Shown piece by piece: positions 39,501 through 54,300 of a DNA stretch of 64,000 nucleotides (position 1 is its first letter; each line of letters starts with the position of its first letter). Made by a program: the position numbers and the translations under genes. The stretch is from Eledone cirrhosa (Eukaryota), in assembly GCA_964016885.1 (NCBI GenBank), contig OZ024745.1, positions 93,682,001-93,746,000 on the forward strand. The letters run 5' to 3'. The notes below the pieces were generated by a model. That model saw nothing but the letters and a program-made list of their open reading frames with translations, did no database searches and was not told the DNA's origin.

Positions 39501-42500
39501 GACGACAGCGGTGATGACAAACCACCTTCAGAATGGCAGGACTAGTTCTCAGAAGTTGGTGTATTTAAAGGAAACCCTGGACCAGTAATTAACTTAGATT
39601 CTGAGAAAAAGGAAATAGATTTTTTTTCTTTCTATTATTTAATCCCAAATTATTTGATTTGATGGTATATGAAACCAACAAATATGCCAAGTTGAAAGGG
39701 CTTGATTGAAAGTGATGTAACACAACTGTGTCTGAAATGAAGGCCTATATTGCATTTCAAATAATGATGGGGAGTGTTTCTGTACCAAATCAAGAGATGT
39801 ATTTCATAAAAGACAACTTGGTCTGGTCTACAGAGATCAGGGATTTAATTACCAGAGACAGGTAGATAAACTGACTCAATATTTCCATATTTCTGATGTC
39901 ACCCAGAATCCAGGCCATAGCCATCCTTGACACAACAGACTTGCCCATGTCCAGTCTTTTAAGTCACAGTATAACCCACACTGTGAAACATTCATTGGCG
40001 AGGTTATGATTGCCTTCAGCAGACGACTGGCCTCCAAACAGTACATTCCACTGAAACCTACAAAACGTGGGATAAAAGTGTCAATGTGGGCTGATCACCA
40101 CAATGGTTATGAGCAACTTCCAAGTTTATACTGGGAAAGTTTTAAATCAGCCTGAACAAGGACTTGGCGAAAGAGTTGTGAAGGGCCTTACAAGAGACAT
40201 AGGGACAAAACCATCACATATAGTGTGATAATTTCTTTTCAACTGTAAAACTGTTTGAGGAACTTCTGCAGAATTGGACTTATGCTTGCAGCACAGTACA
40301 TAAACATAGAAGAGATATGCTAGCAGTTATCCAAATTGAAAAAACAAGGTGACTTGATTCAAGAACAAAAGGGGATCATAGTGTCAAATAGCTAACAATC
40401 AATGCCAGTCCAAATGACTTAACTGTCCAGCAAAAACAAAAGTCTGAAGAATACCACAATGAGCCATGTCAGAGATAAATAAAATATATATATATATATA
40501 GATATATATTTTTTCTTACTGGTAATAAGGTGGTAAAGAATTATTGACCTTTCCTGTTTATAATTATATATAGTGTATAAAGTACCAGTAATGCACTGGG
40601 TAATTGCTGGCCTTGTGCCAAACGGAGAAACAGTTATTATTATAATATATATATATATACACAATATTTATTCAATTGATATACTGAAAAAAAAAAATTA
40701 AAGATATCACAATTATAAATGTGAAGTAATATCACACAGAAGAAAACAATGGAATTATTTGCAATAAAAAATAGTCTCATGCAAAATTACATTGATTTAT
40801 TCTGTAAATAATGAGATAAAAAAGGTATCAGCTGGGCAAATCAATAGAATATAGAACTATCAAACAAGATGGCAATTGATATCATGTGTGAGAGGGAGAT
40901 TGAAACAATGTGTCCACTAAGCTGTAAATATATACAAGAAAATGAACTAGCTCATTGTGGTAAGCAGAAAGTATGATATAAAAGGCTCTTTTTTTTATAG
41001 TTACACTACCTGAAGATGTCTTCTTTGGTGCCCATATAACACAAAGTTTATAAAATAGAGTCACAAAGATCACCAAAACAACACATTTTTTAAATAATTT
41101 CTGAATAACAAGATATGTTAACATGACCTACCTATCAGTATCAAAACAACATTTTGCCAAAAGGTACTTGCACTGAGCCGTGTGACATCCGCGGGACTGC
41201 AACAGCAAATAAGACTGAACAGGTTTCCCTGCCCGATAATAGCATGTAGCAAGAAGGTACAAAGACTCATCATTTGCAACTGAAATAAAATTGATAATTG
41301 TACATTAATAGTGACTACATAGAATAAGTTTAGATAGATTCAAGTAAAATTCTATCATAACTAATTTAACAGTTTAAATTACTAAAGATTAGAAACACAG
41401 AAAAACATACCTTCTGAAAACAATCTTTCAGCCAAAAAAGTAGCATCAGTAACTGCATAGTTGTTCAGAGCATCCCAGATAGCAGCCTGAAACATAGTTT
41501 TTTGTAAATGAAATTAAGGAATTTTTATATAGACAGGATAAAAAAATGTGATTAGAATAACAAGTGCATTTGGCCTCACCAATGCCCAAAAGAGATTTGG
41601 AAATGTTACTGTGAGAGTTTGTAGAAGAATGTGGAGAATAATGCTGAACTACCTCCAGTAGAGCAGAGACACCAGCTAAAGAAGCTAAAAGTTATATGGT
41701 CAAAGAACTCATTAAAGATATGAATATATGATGGAATCATACCAAGTGACTGTCCATGGGAACTCCAAAATGCTGATGACCCAATACTTTAAGCCAACCC
41801 TACAGAAGATTTAGAAGAAATTCCAGACATGGAAACCTAGAATTGAAAGACCTTACAGTAAACTTAAAATCCAAAGCATTAACTGTTAGAGGGAAAAGAG
41901 CAACTAAAGAGGCATTAAACTGATGGATTTAGTTACGAACGTAACAAAACCAGCTTTAGCTTTACTGATTAGAAAAAGAATCAGCCAAGAGTAAGCTGCT
42001 ATATCTAGCTTTCAGTGATCTGGAGAAAGCATTTAACCGAGTACCACAATCTGTTGTCAGGTGGTCCTTAAGAAACCTAGATGTAAATGAATGGCTTGTG
42101 AGAGTGGTGCAAATCATGTACAGAGGTTCTGTTAGCAAAATGAGTGTAGGCAGTGAGTTTAGAGAGGAATTCAATGTGCAGGTGGATGTTCCTCAAGGCT
42201 TGGTTATCAACCCACTCTCCAGGTTATAACAGAAGAGTTTAAAACTAGTTGTCCATGGGAACTTCTATATGCTGATGACCCAATACTACAAAATATTTAG
42301 AGAAGAAATTCCAGAAGTGGAATCCTAGAATTGAAAGGCCTTAAGAGTAAACTTAAAAACTAAATTTTTATTAAGAAAAAAAAAAAAAAAAAAAAAAAAA
42401 AACAGGAAATGGTCATGCTCAATTTGCAGAAAGGGGGTGACTAAAAACTCTATATAGTGTATCCAATATAAACTTTGTGTACATATGAAATATAGCACTA

Positions 42501-45350
42501 TCACCAGAATGACAATAGTGAACACAAATTTAGTGTTCCAGATGTAGAGGTAGAACTTTACCAGTGAAATAACCAAGTGAGGCTCCATACAAATAGTTAA
42601 CTTCTATTACCAAGGTGTTAGCAGTGGAGGAAAGTGCTCCAAAAATATATAAGTCAGAATAAGAAAGGGATGGAAAAGTCTCATGTGAGTGAAATTACAT
42701 AGAAGGAAATTGTATGGAAAGCTGTTGGATGGATCCTAACTGTAATTCAAAGGTATTCTCTGTTTTAGCAAAGGGTGGCGAGACATGAGTATTGAATGAA
42801 GCAGATGTGCTAAGGTTAGAAAAAAAATGAGGCTAGGATACTGTAATGGATGTGTAATGTTAGTGTGCATGAATGACGAAGCTCAGTTGAGTTGAAAGGA
42901 AAATCGAGGGGAATCAAATGTAGTGTGCAAGAAAGGATACAAACACATGAAGCTTGATGATCACTGGGTGAAAATGGACAGAGTTCCGAGAAGAAAGAAG
43001 CTGCAGACTGAAGAAAACTTGAGCAGAAATTGTGAAAGATGATCTTAGAACACTGAACTACACAGGAGAAATGAAGGAACTTGGGAAATGGAAGAAAGCT
43101 TCACAGGAGAAGACCGATCTAAATGAGGATGATAATAAAGGAAAATAATATAACATTGCAATAACGTGTAGAAAATAAAACACAACATTCCAAACTGACT
43201 GATTAACAAGTTCACTTCACAAACATGAGATCTCAGGTTCAATCTCACTGTATGACAGAAACTTTGTCAGTGAAATTGGATAGACAGAAGTTGTATGGAA
43301 ACCTGTTGAATGGATCTTAAGTGTAAATCCAAATACATATTGTATCATGACTTGGGAATACTCAACTGTTTACAAACTAATTTAATGAGTCATATGTTCA
43401 GTTGATGGAAAAAACTGAATGCTGATAGTCGAAACTGACGTAGAATTCATCTACTATGTAGAATACAGAAAGTGACAAAAAGAAACTTGTAATTAGAGAT
43501 AATTTAAAATATACCATTAAAAGAAAATTTATGCCTAATATAACTGCAGTAGTAATATTCAATGCGAACGAAAAAGATCTGGCAGCATTAACACGGGTAT
43601 TTCTAGTAATGAAGAGTGGGTGGGGACAAGATGTATTTGCCTTAACTCTTAACATCCTATACCACATGAAACATTATTAACAAGACATTCTTTAAAAGTA
43701 CAAAACACCACTATGACTGCACTACATTAAAAATAAGTCTTTAGATTACTGAAAAAAGAGAAAGATTTCATATTTGCTAATGGAAATAATTGTTTCTACT
43801 TTTGGCACAAGGCCAGCAATTACCCCAGTGCATTATTGGTGCTTTATTTTATCGACCCCGTAGGGATGAAAGGCAAAGCTAAGTTGCGGTTATTGTCACC
43901 TAACTAATCAGGTTATGAAGGTATTATCTCTCCTAATTGGTAATTTCTATAAAGTGGTACATTAAAAGAAAACATAGACACAGCAATGTAGAGTCAAATA
44001 ACCAGTTGACATTATCAAATATAAATCACAAATAATGCTGTCAGGACACTAAGTAAAATAATGTTTTAGCGTCAACTTTCATCTCCTAGTCAAAATTCAA
44101 TATTGGATACCCCTTCAAACTAAGGTTTTATAAATTAATCTATAATTTATAATACACTGTGTAAATCATATATCCTACTAAAGATGTTGTCATACATGAC
44201 ACTTCATTCTAAGGATTATCTGATTAATTCAGATTGTGGCTACAACAGTATCAGCAAGAGGTATGGTTACAGCGTTTGTTGACAATAAAGGTAACTAAAA
44301 GAGGATTGGGCATATAATGATAATAGATATTTACATGGAATTATTTACTTACAGTTGAGTATAGTCAGTAATTAGTATTCAATTACAGGTAGGGTAGTCA
44401 CATTCAGCCTGGATCAGATCTATGATCAAAAGTATTTGAACCATGGCCATCACAGTTTTTTTTGTATATTCATTACTACATTTGGTTGGTTTGTTTTTTT
44501 AAGATGGTAGGGTGTGATTTGACAATATTTAGCTGCTACTTTTAGCAGAAAAATGACCGTGTAAAGGCTCCTTCATTAGCAGAGATTAAGTATATGAAGT
44601 GAACAAAGGAAAATATTACAATTGGGGAAGAACAATTAATGATTTCTAATTCCATCACAGGACCAGCAATTTGTGGGAAGGGGAAATCAACTATACTGAC
44701 TCCCAGAACTTTACTTGTACTTTATTTTATCAACCTCTAAAGGAAGAAAGGCAAAGTTGACCATGGCAGAATTTGAACTCAGACTGTAAAGAGCCAGAAC
44801 AAATACTGTTAAGCATTTGTCTGACGCTATAAAGCATCTGCCAATCCACCACACTATACATTAAAACTAATAATAAACACCATTAGCAATTTAATGATAT
44901 GCCACATCAGCAAGTAGGTAGCTGAAAAGTTAGATATATAAACAGAAATATGAATGTTATATTAATTTGCTACAGGCATGTGATTAAGAAGTTTGCTTTG
45001 TAATCCAATAATTCTGAGTTTGATCACACTGTACAGTACTTTCAGCAATGAGTTGACCAATGCCTTGTGGATGCCCAACTTATCTTGAAGAAAGACTAAT
45101 GTGCAAGTCTTGTTTAATGTGTGTGTGTGTAGAGAGAGAGAGAAGTTTATGGAGAAATGACAGATGTTAACATTGTATATATATAGATATATCAGCAGAA
45201 AATGCAGTTACATAAGACGAAAAACAGCTTCATTTTTACCTCCTCAGCCACCTTGCTATGCACAATTGCATGCCAATAAGTTGGCTCTGATGAGGTAAAG
45301 AGGCAGCTGTTTGTTCATCATATGTAATTACGTGCATTTTCTGCTGATAT

Positions 45351-45391
<41 letters not shown>

Positions 45392-48229
45392 TAGTGCTGG
45401 TGCCACAAAAATTGTACCCAGTAAAAATGGTAAGCATAGAAGAGGCATCCAGCCATAAACACCAAACAAAAACAGAACATATGAGCAAAACATGGTCACC
45501 TGACCCGTCTAGCCTAATGTGACAACCTGCCTAACTCATGCATGTATGGAAAATAGAAATTAAATGGCTATGATGATATTTCATATATACTGATACATAA
45601 GCAGAGGGATATGTGACCAAAAATAATTTGATGGTAAAATATTTTACCAATTTCACCTACTTCATATTCTACATAAGGTGCTGAAATACCTGGAGTGATA
45701 ATTTTACAATGAAACATTGTTTTTCTACATTTATGACATCATCATGTATACATATCATCATTGTTTATAAATCCGTTTTTCCATTTGGGTTGGAGAGATC
45801 CTTTTCAGCACAGCATTTCTCCATTTGCCACATTCCTTCGTCATCTCCTCTGTGAGTCTCAGCAATTTGAGATTAGCTCTCACCACCTCCACCCAGGTCT
45901 TCCTTGATCTACTGTGATTTCCTGGCAATTCTTCACCCAGTGATCATCATCCATACGCATCAAATGCCCATACCAACGCATTCTCCTCTCTTGCACACCA
46001 CTTCTGATTCCTCTTAAACCCATTTTCTCCCTCAGTTCATCCAAGCTCTGCCTTTCTCTATTTACATTGCACATCTAACGAAGCTTCATTTCTCTCCAGC
46101 TTACGCATGTCCTCTGCAGTCACTGCATGCACATGTTTCACTACCCTGCTGCATTACACTTCACACACAAGCGTTATACAGTCATTCTTTTGTACATAGG
46201 GAGAAGCCTTTTGTTGAAAACAGTGGGAGTAGCTCTCTAAACTTCTATCCTATCCTTTTTCTTGCTATTATATTCTCAAAGCACCCTCCTCTGCTGCTAA
46301 TTAGGTCACCCAGATAGCAAAAGCTATTAACCATATCTATGGATCCTCCATGATTGGAAAAGATTTATATCACTGATACTCTTCCCGTTGATTACCCCTA
46401 AGCATCTACATACAAAGTCTTCCTTCCCTGTTAGTCTGTTATTACACTACATCTCTTGTGTACCCAAGAATAACATTGTGTACATCATCATCACTGTTTA
46501 ACATCCATTTTTCCACATTAGCAAGAGTCAGCCGAGTTGTACCATTGTGAGACAAGCCAGATTTTTGTCTTGCTCATAGAGAGCTGTCAACAGCTTCTGC
46601 AGAACCTTCCAAGAATTAAAGTTTATGCCTACTCCTTTACATACTAAGCAGGGCCACATCCATGAAGGAATCAGGGTCCTACATTCTTTCCTACTTACTA
46701 GCATTTTAGTTTTGGCTAAGTTTTCTCTCATCGTTTTTGATTCCAAATTCTGTTTCCATAGACAGAACTTATTCGCTAGTCTCTTTCTGGATTCAGCTAT
46801 AAGGACCAGATCATTTGCATAGACAGCCAGCCTTAAACTCCTCTGTTATGGCCTGGAAAATTATGAGGAACAGCAGTGGGCTGAGAACCAAACCCTGATG
46901 AACTCCCATATCATTATCATCATTTAACATCCATTTTCCCTGTTAGCAAAGGTTAGAGGAGTTATCACCGACCAAATCAGAACAAAATAAGAGTTACAGA
47001 CCTCTCAGATAGGCCAGGGGCTCACTTCTTGCTTAATATGTTCCTACATCCTAAAATTTTATGAAATGGCTCTGGCTCAAAAGATTTTGTCTGAATGATG
47101 GGTAACAATGTGTGAGTAATTGCAAAAAAAAAAAAATCTAATTAAAGGTTTCAAAAGTGAAAATTTTTTGTAAGCAATTCCTATTTATTAAAATGACATT
47201 ACTTTCCTATAGAAAACCTAACATTATACTGATTGATATTATTCATTATCAACTTGCTGTGTGATTTCAGTAAAGGCAACTCAAAATGGTTGGCATCAGG
47301 AAGGGCATCTGTCTATAAAACATTGCTTCAAAATATCCTCTCCAACCCATGCCAGCATAGGAAAGTCAATGTAATGATGATAATGAATATTAAATTAAAA
47401 GGCACGATGAACAAATTCCCAAGTTTATGTTTAGCCTACTTACAAACATATATTGAAAGTCTACAGTAATAGCAGAATGTAATAATAAAAGTACTAAAAA
47501 ATTGGATATCTTTTTTTAGAATTTACGTCAGCATAATTACCTTCAAAAATGTATCGCTGCAAAATTTCATCTTAAAAGAAATATGTAATACTAAGAAATT
47601 TATGAGAAAATAAATTTGAGTGGGGGTAAATTGTATTTGTCTATAAATAACCAATATATGTATGTGCGTGCGTATGTATGTGTACATATGCGTATGTGTG
47701 TATATTTTTTATATATAAGTAATTATTTATATATATGTGTGTATGTGGTTGTATGTATTTTTTCTCATATATATGTGCGCGTGTGAATGTATTTATATTT
47801 TTTGATATATGTATATACACCTACATTTGTATATATGTACCTATACGTGTGGTTAAGTATATATGCGTGCGTATGAGTGTGTATGCATGTGAGTATGTAT
47901 GTGTGTGTGTGCGTATGTGTATTTGTATGTTTATACTTATCTGTGTATATGTTTGTACTGTATATGTGTGAATATATATATATAATTGTGTGTGTGTATG
48001 TATATATATATTTATTTTATTTTGTGCATTTGCTTACCACGTGTGTTTATTTTTATTTGTTTTTTTCCTCTTTCGTATCGTTGTCAACTTGCTAATTTTT
48101 TATTTTTTAGATTTGACTTTATTTTTTACTTTTATTTATTTATTATTTTGATTTCATGTATATGTATTTTGTCTTTGTAAGGTGATGTGACTGCTTACTT
48201 TAGTATATGCATTATATTCATTTATTTAT

Positions 48230-48273
<44 letters not shown>

Positions 48274-48290
48274 TTGTGTATATTTATATA

Positions 48291-48321
<31 letters not shown>

Positions 48322-51300
48322 GTCTGTGTTTGTGTATATACTTTTATATTTATTATCTTTTTTTCTTCTTCCTTCAGCCTCACTTTCATATTTCTTATAT
48401 TTTTGTTTTCAAATCCACATTCAATAAAAACACCAGGATTTTTTCATTCTGACGACTGAAAGCAGATTTATTTGCTTTCAAGAAACCACTGGTAAATGAA
48501 ATAATTATCTTATGTTGTTTATTACATAACTCATAAGCTCTGTAACCTACATAGGGGACTCTTTTTTCCTGGACCTTTCCGACGGAATTACTTCATTTAT
48601 AAATAACCAATATATTCAAAATATGTTAATTGTTGAAAAATCATCTTTTGTTTCAGCTACATGCAAGACAAGAGGTTAAAATTATTGTTTAAATGGATTA
48701 GCGATTTCTTAAACCACAGAATGGCCACTTTTTTTTTTTACTTCTGACAAAGAAAAATAATCAAGTTAGCCTTCATACACTGGTCAGTTATTGAATAATT
48801 ATGTGATGGGAACACAGATTTCTTTAACTGCAGTTAGATTAAATTGTAATAAAATGCTTAAATTCTACTAAATATGATTGTAATTTACTAAATTTTGTGA
48901 AACAGTTGTGCTAAGCCTCAGTAAAACTGAGTTAGAGCCATCACTGATATATATATATTCAATGATATTAAATAAATGGAAACTATATTTATAAAACCAT
49001 ATTTATTCTATTATATATATTTCAAGGGTACCAAAACTTTGGTACGCTCTCATCAGATAAAATACAAAATACAAAGTAACTTATTCATGACAGAAAAGGT
49101 TTCTTTAGCCTTGAAAGTAGACAAAACAGCCTCTCTAGCGTTGGTGCTACCTCCTGCACACACTGTAAAGTGGTTGGTGGTATTAAGAATGGCATCCAGT
49201 AAATAGAAACCAGCCAAAATGGAGAGATGTAGCCTTCTATCCCATCTAGGAGAGTAGAAGCTCCAAATAAGAACTCAAATTATAACAACTTGTCAACCTA
49301 TGCCAACATGGAAAGTAGATGTAAATTGATGATTGTGATAAATATAAGTAATGAGGTAGCTTTTATCGACTAAATCCTTGAAAGTGGTTCCCTAGCAAAG
49401 CCACAGTCCAATGACTGAAACCAGTAAAACAATAGGAAAAAACTTTCTTTTTGGCAATTGTTTCTCTAACAACTTCATCTCCAGATTCACAAAACCAGTT
49501 TAGTCAAAGTAAGACCAGAACAAATGAACATAACTGTTTGACTAACCAACTACTAACTGGGAGGAGCACAATATTTAATTCCTAGTCATTTCTGTTCTTT
49601 TGACAGTTCCATATATTTTCCCTTGTTCCAACAACCCATAAATACAATACTAAAATAAAAACATTAATAAACTGCATAAGCAAATAAATTCATATAGAAA
49701 AGTATAATTATAATTTTCAAACATATCTCTCAAATCAAAACATATAGTCTGCATGGCTTAGTAGTTAGGGTGATTGGCTCATGATTGTGAATTTGATTTC
49801 CAATGGTGCCTTGTGTCCTTGAGCAATAAGACTTCATTTCACATTGCTCCAGTTCACTTAGCTGCCAAAAATGAATTCAACACACCTTCAGAACAACATT
49901 GTACATTTGTCTGGAGAGCAGACTGTTCCATAGATCAAATCATCTGGAATACTAGTCATTTGAATCGATGGAGATGCAACACACACACACACAGCTCTAC
50001 TGCAGAGGCTCAAAGCATATTTTTCAAAATGGTATGCAACTGACAATGAAGGAGCTAGGTGTAATTGCTTTGCAAAAAAATTACTAACAACATAAAACAT
50101 GAAACTTAAAACTTTACTGCCAATGACTTAACTTGACAAAACATTTTAGGCATTAACTCAATATTTTGCTTCTAAGAAACATATCTTTCTAGAAATCTAT
50201 TCTCAACCATGTGACCCCACCAACCATAAATCTAGAATAGGTTAAATTGAACATGAACTGCACTAATCTAAGAAGATTCAAGCATTACGTCAATTCCTCT
50301 AGGGACCAATATATTTCATAACAAAAGGAAATAAAGTCCCTTTCCTCATTTGATAGATGATTAACAATAAAGACAGTATTTAAAAGACCTACTGTAGCAA
50401 TTTTGTATTTACTAAACAAACTGATTCATAATACATCAACAATCAAGAAAACATTTCCATGGTTGCCAAGCTTGCTCAATATAACCACCAAACCTCAACT
50501 CATTGCCACAATCCAGCAAGAAAGCATCTACGTGGTTGCCCAACCTGCATGAAATAGCAGCCAAATCTCACCCTACTGCCTTAACCCTTTAGAATTTAAA
50601 TCGGCCGTATCCAGCCAGAATTCTCCCACCTCTTTCTGTTCAAAACGGCTATAACTGGCCACTCATAATGATGTTATGGTATTGTTCTCAAAATAAATAA
50701 TATAAAAATCTCATAGATTCTCTATTATGTGAGATACCATGAAAATACAATAGTATATATAGAGTAATGTAAATGCTAGAGGGTTAAAGAAAGGACATGT
50801 TAAATAATGCAGCCTGGCGCACCCTATGCTTGAAAAAAAGAAAATGCAATTGTCATAGCTTGAATGTCTGAATATAAGTCGGCTTAATCAGGACTAACCT
50901 AGGGTTTAATAACAACAACCTTCCATCTTTAAAATGGAAATAGTAAGATATAAATGCTAAGACAGATCGTCTGCAAGAAGAACAGTTGAAGTGTCAATCA
51001 AATGAATATTTAATTTAACTAACATATCCAACATACACTGTTATAACTAGTGTACCTGATGAATCTAAAGGTTGCTAGTGCTATATTTGTTCAGACAACC
51101 AAAGGCAACACATCAATATTCTACATCCATTTTCCATGCTATCATGGTTTGGATGAGTCATTGAAGTTCAAATCAATTTATATTCAGAGTTACTGTCCCC
51201 TTAGATGGGTAATTGGACCACATCATATATGTACCATCTATACTCGAATAAAAGCCAACTCTTTATTTTATGTCTGAGAAATAAGCAACAGTCCAAACTC

Positions 51301-54300
51301 TGCTTATAAACTGAAGCAGGTAACAAAAATATTGTTTTGATGGTGCAGTTTTGAAATTCTCATGAAGTTTTAATATTTTCACATTTAAAATGTTTTAAGT
51401 ATCATTTAGAGTATAGTTTTTGTATCATAACTTCATTACATGATTTTTTTTTACCAATTTCTAACTGTTTTGAAGGCCATATACAGTCAAAACATATCAA
51501 AAACAAAAGGTAATACAAATTTTATGTCAAAAATGAAACCTGTGTAATATTCGCCCCCAAAGTGAAACCAGTGTAATAGTCGCTGTTTGGCAATAAGAAA
51601 GGCATCCATTTAAAACTGAAATGTAAGATGCAATGGCCCCTGGGAGGGCAGTTATTCTGATTAACTACAGATTTGATCTGTGACAACTATCCAAACTATG
51701 ACAGCAAAGTCAAAATATTTTAGCCCCTCATTTACGTAGAATTTTGAAGTTGGTGAAAATTGACAAAATATTAACCTCAAATATAAGCCAAACCCCCACC
51801 ACCTCCATTTTACCATCAATTTTTTATCACATTTCTCAGCATATTTATGTACAATAAGTTCTTATATTGGCATGGTTTTCAGGCAGCTAGATGCCAACTT
51901 TACAGAATGTAAGTGGTTGATATTCGGAAAGGAATCCAGCCATAGAAGCCATGCTCCCAGTACATGTCGTAAAGTGGTTGGTGTTAGGAAGGGCATCAAG
52001 CTATTGAAACCGAGCACATGAGCAAGGAACTAGTCATGTGACCAGCATGGAAAATAGACTTTAAACAGGTTATGAGAATGTCTTTCATTAAAAATATAAT
52101 AAAATGGGTTAAATAAATCAGAGGTTATAATCAAGCCTACGCACAGTTGGTAATATGCTTAGACCAGACATAAAATCTAGGAAGCTCCCACCCAACAAAG
52201 CTAGAAAACAACCCAAGCCAGATATGAAATGTAGGAGCCATTTTAAACTGCTCATTAAGTATTTTAATTATAAATGGTGTACATGATATACTTACAAGTA
52301 ACAGAAGAGAGCAAAAGAACTAGAAACTGAGATGAAGAGACCCCCAAACCAATTGGTCAACCATCCTTCTGAGGTGAAGAGACCTCCAAGCCACTTGGTC
52401 AACCGTTCTACTGAGGTGAAGAGACCTCTTCCCCAAGCCGGTCAACCATCCTTCTACTGAGGTGAAGAGACCCCCAAATCAATTAGTCAACCATTCTGAG
52501 GTGAAGAGACTCCCAAATCAATTGGTCAACCATTCTACTGAGGTGAAGAGACTCCCAAATCAATTGGTCAACCATTCTACTGAGGTGAAGAGACCACCAA
52601 ACCAATTGGTCAACTTCTCTTCTGAGGTGAAGAGGCCACAAAACTAATTGGTCAACCATCCTTCTGAGGTAAAGAGACTACTAAACTAATTGGTCAACTA
52701 TCCTTCTACTGAGGTGAAGAGACCCCCCCCCTCCCCAAGTCAATTGGTCAACTACTCTTCTAAGGTGAAGAGAACCCCAAGCCAATTGGTCAACTTCTCT
52801 TCTACTGAGGTAAAGAGCCCCCCCCCCCCCCCCCCAATTGGTCAACTTCTCTCCTAGTATGATGAAGTTATAAAGATAGTTTCACATATTCACAAAATCT
52901 CCTGGACTTTTCTCTTTTCACAGCAGTCATTGTCCCTAACAAACCTCCATAATTACTTCAAGCACTTCATCAAAAATGCTACAAATATTCCTCAACATTT
53001 AATGATTAATCTGTTATACACATCTTATAGACTGAAAATAAGGAATTAGGAACCAAAAAAGTATAAAAATCACAAATATCCTCTATTTTCAAAATCTGTT
53101 TTTATCTTAATATAAATGCTAACTCTTATATACATCATTAAATCACATTTCAAGATAAAATTTGTAAACAGAGCTCATATTATTAAAACAAGTTGATTTA
53201 TTCATCAGCCCCAATTATTATGATACTCACAAAATGGAGTAGGAGTTAGGAAATCAATATCAAAATAGCTGAAAATATTCTATTTATTTCATTTATTCCC
53301 CAATAGTAATCTAACAGATATATCCTAATCTACTCTTTTTTTTTTTTTGTATTTTACATAACTAGCAAATACATTAAAACCTAATGGAAAAATTCTTCCT
53401 CGGTATGTAAACAGACATTATATATATATATAATTATGCATTATTTAGATTTTTCGTGAAAAATACATGTGATATTCAAGAACATTATCTTAACTATACT
53501 TATATATTGAAATATAATTTAAAAACATGTATACGTCAGAAAATGCACATGAAAAATAAACAGCGATGCATTATTTACCAACAAATTAATAGGAGAAAAA
53601 AGGGGAAAAAGAGCAAAGGCAAATATTCTGAGCAATATATATTTTCGTTAATTAATGATTAAATTTTACAGTAATGTTTCTTTAAAGTTAAATACTTTTC
53701 CAAAAAAACTATAAAGGAATGAAATCAATCATTTCCAACATTTGTCTATCAATAATAACAGCTAGCAATAAAGGAACAAAGGTTTTCTTAAGCTGGTTGA
53801 CAACAAAATGGACCCTCAGCAAGTCAACATATTCGATACTCCACTACTTTTAGGTATTTTATAAAACAATCCATTATTTAGTAGAAAAGAAAAGATACTC
53901 CAAAACGATATGTCAGAAAAAGAAATCCCTATGAAGAAACCAAAAATATTCTGTGATTCTGAGGAAGAAATAATAAACTACCTAAGAAAAGGTTCAATGT
54001 TAGTTTAGAATTTATAGAGGGAGCAGGGTTTTTATTATTAACTTATATCAAGAGAAAATTTTGAACACACCAGAAATCAGCTGTCAATGGAGCCGAATTT
54101 AACGGAAAGCTAAGCAGAAAATTAACAGGTCTTCGTCTAACACAAGTAATTTTTATTCAATATTATAATTAAAAAATTAATACCAACTACATAACTGTTA
54201 TGGTTAATTTCATTTTTGCTTAAATGAAAACCCAACAAACCTTTCTGAATTCAAAATATGATAAAAGCCTAACATCGAAAGTCTGGAAATCGACTAAGAT

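Noticed and set aside
47735-48459. Several hydrophobic C/V/Y/I-rich ORFs
   Set aside because: They are translations of (TG/TA)n low-complexity DNA.
52329-52855. Constant-plus-variable repeat resembling a CRISPR array; ORF 52462..52647
   Set aside because: The variable parts are mutated versions of each other, not unique spacers. The ORF merely reflects the 42-bp unit.
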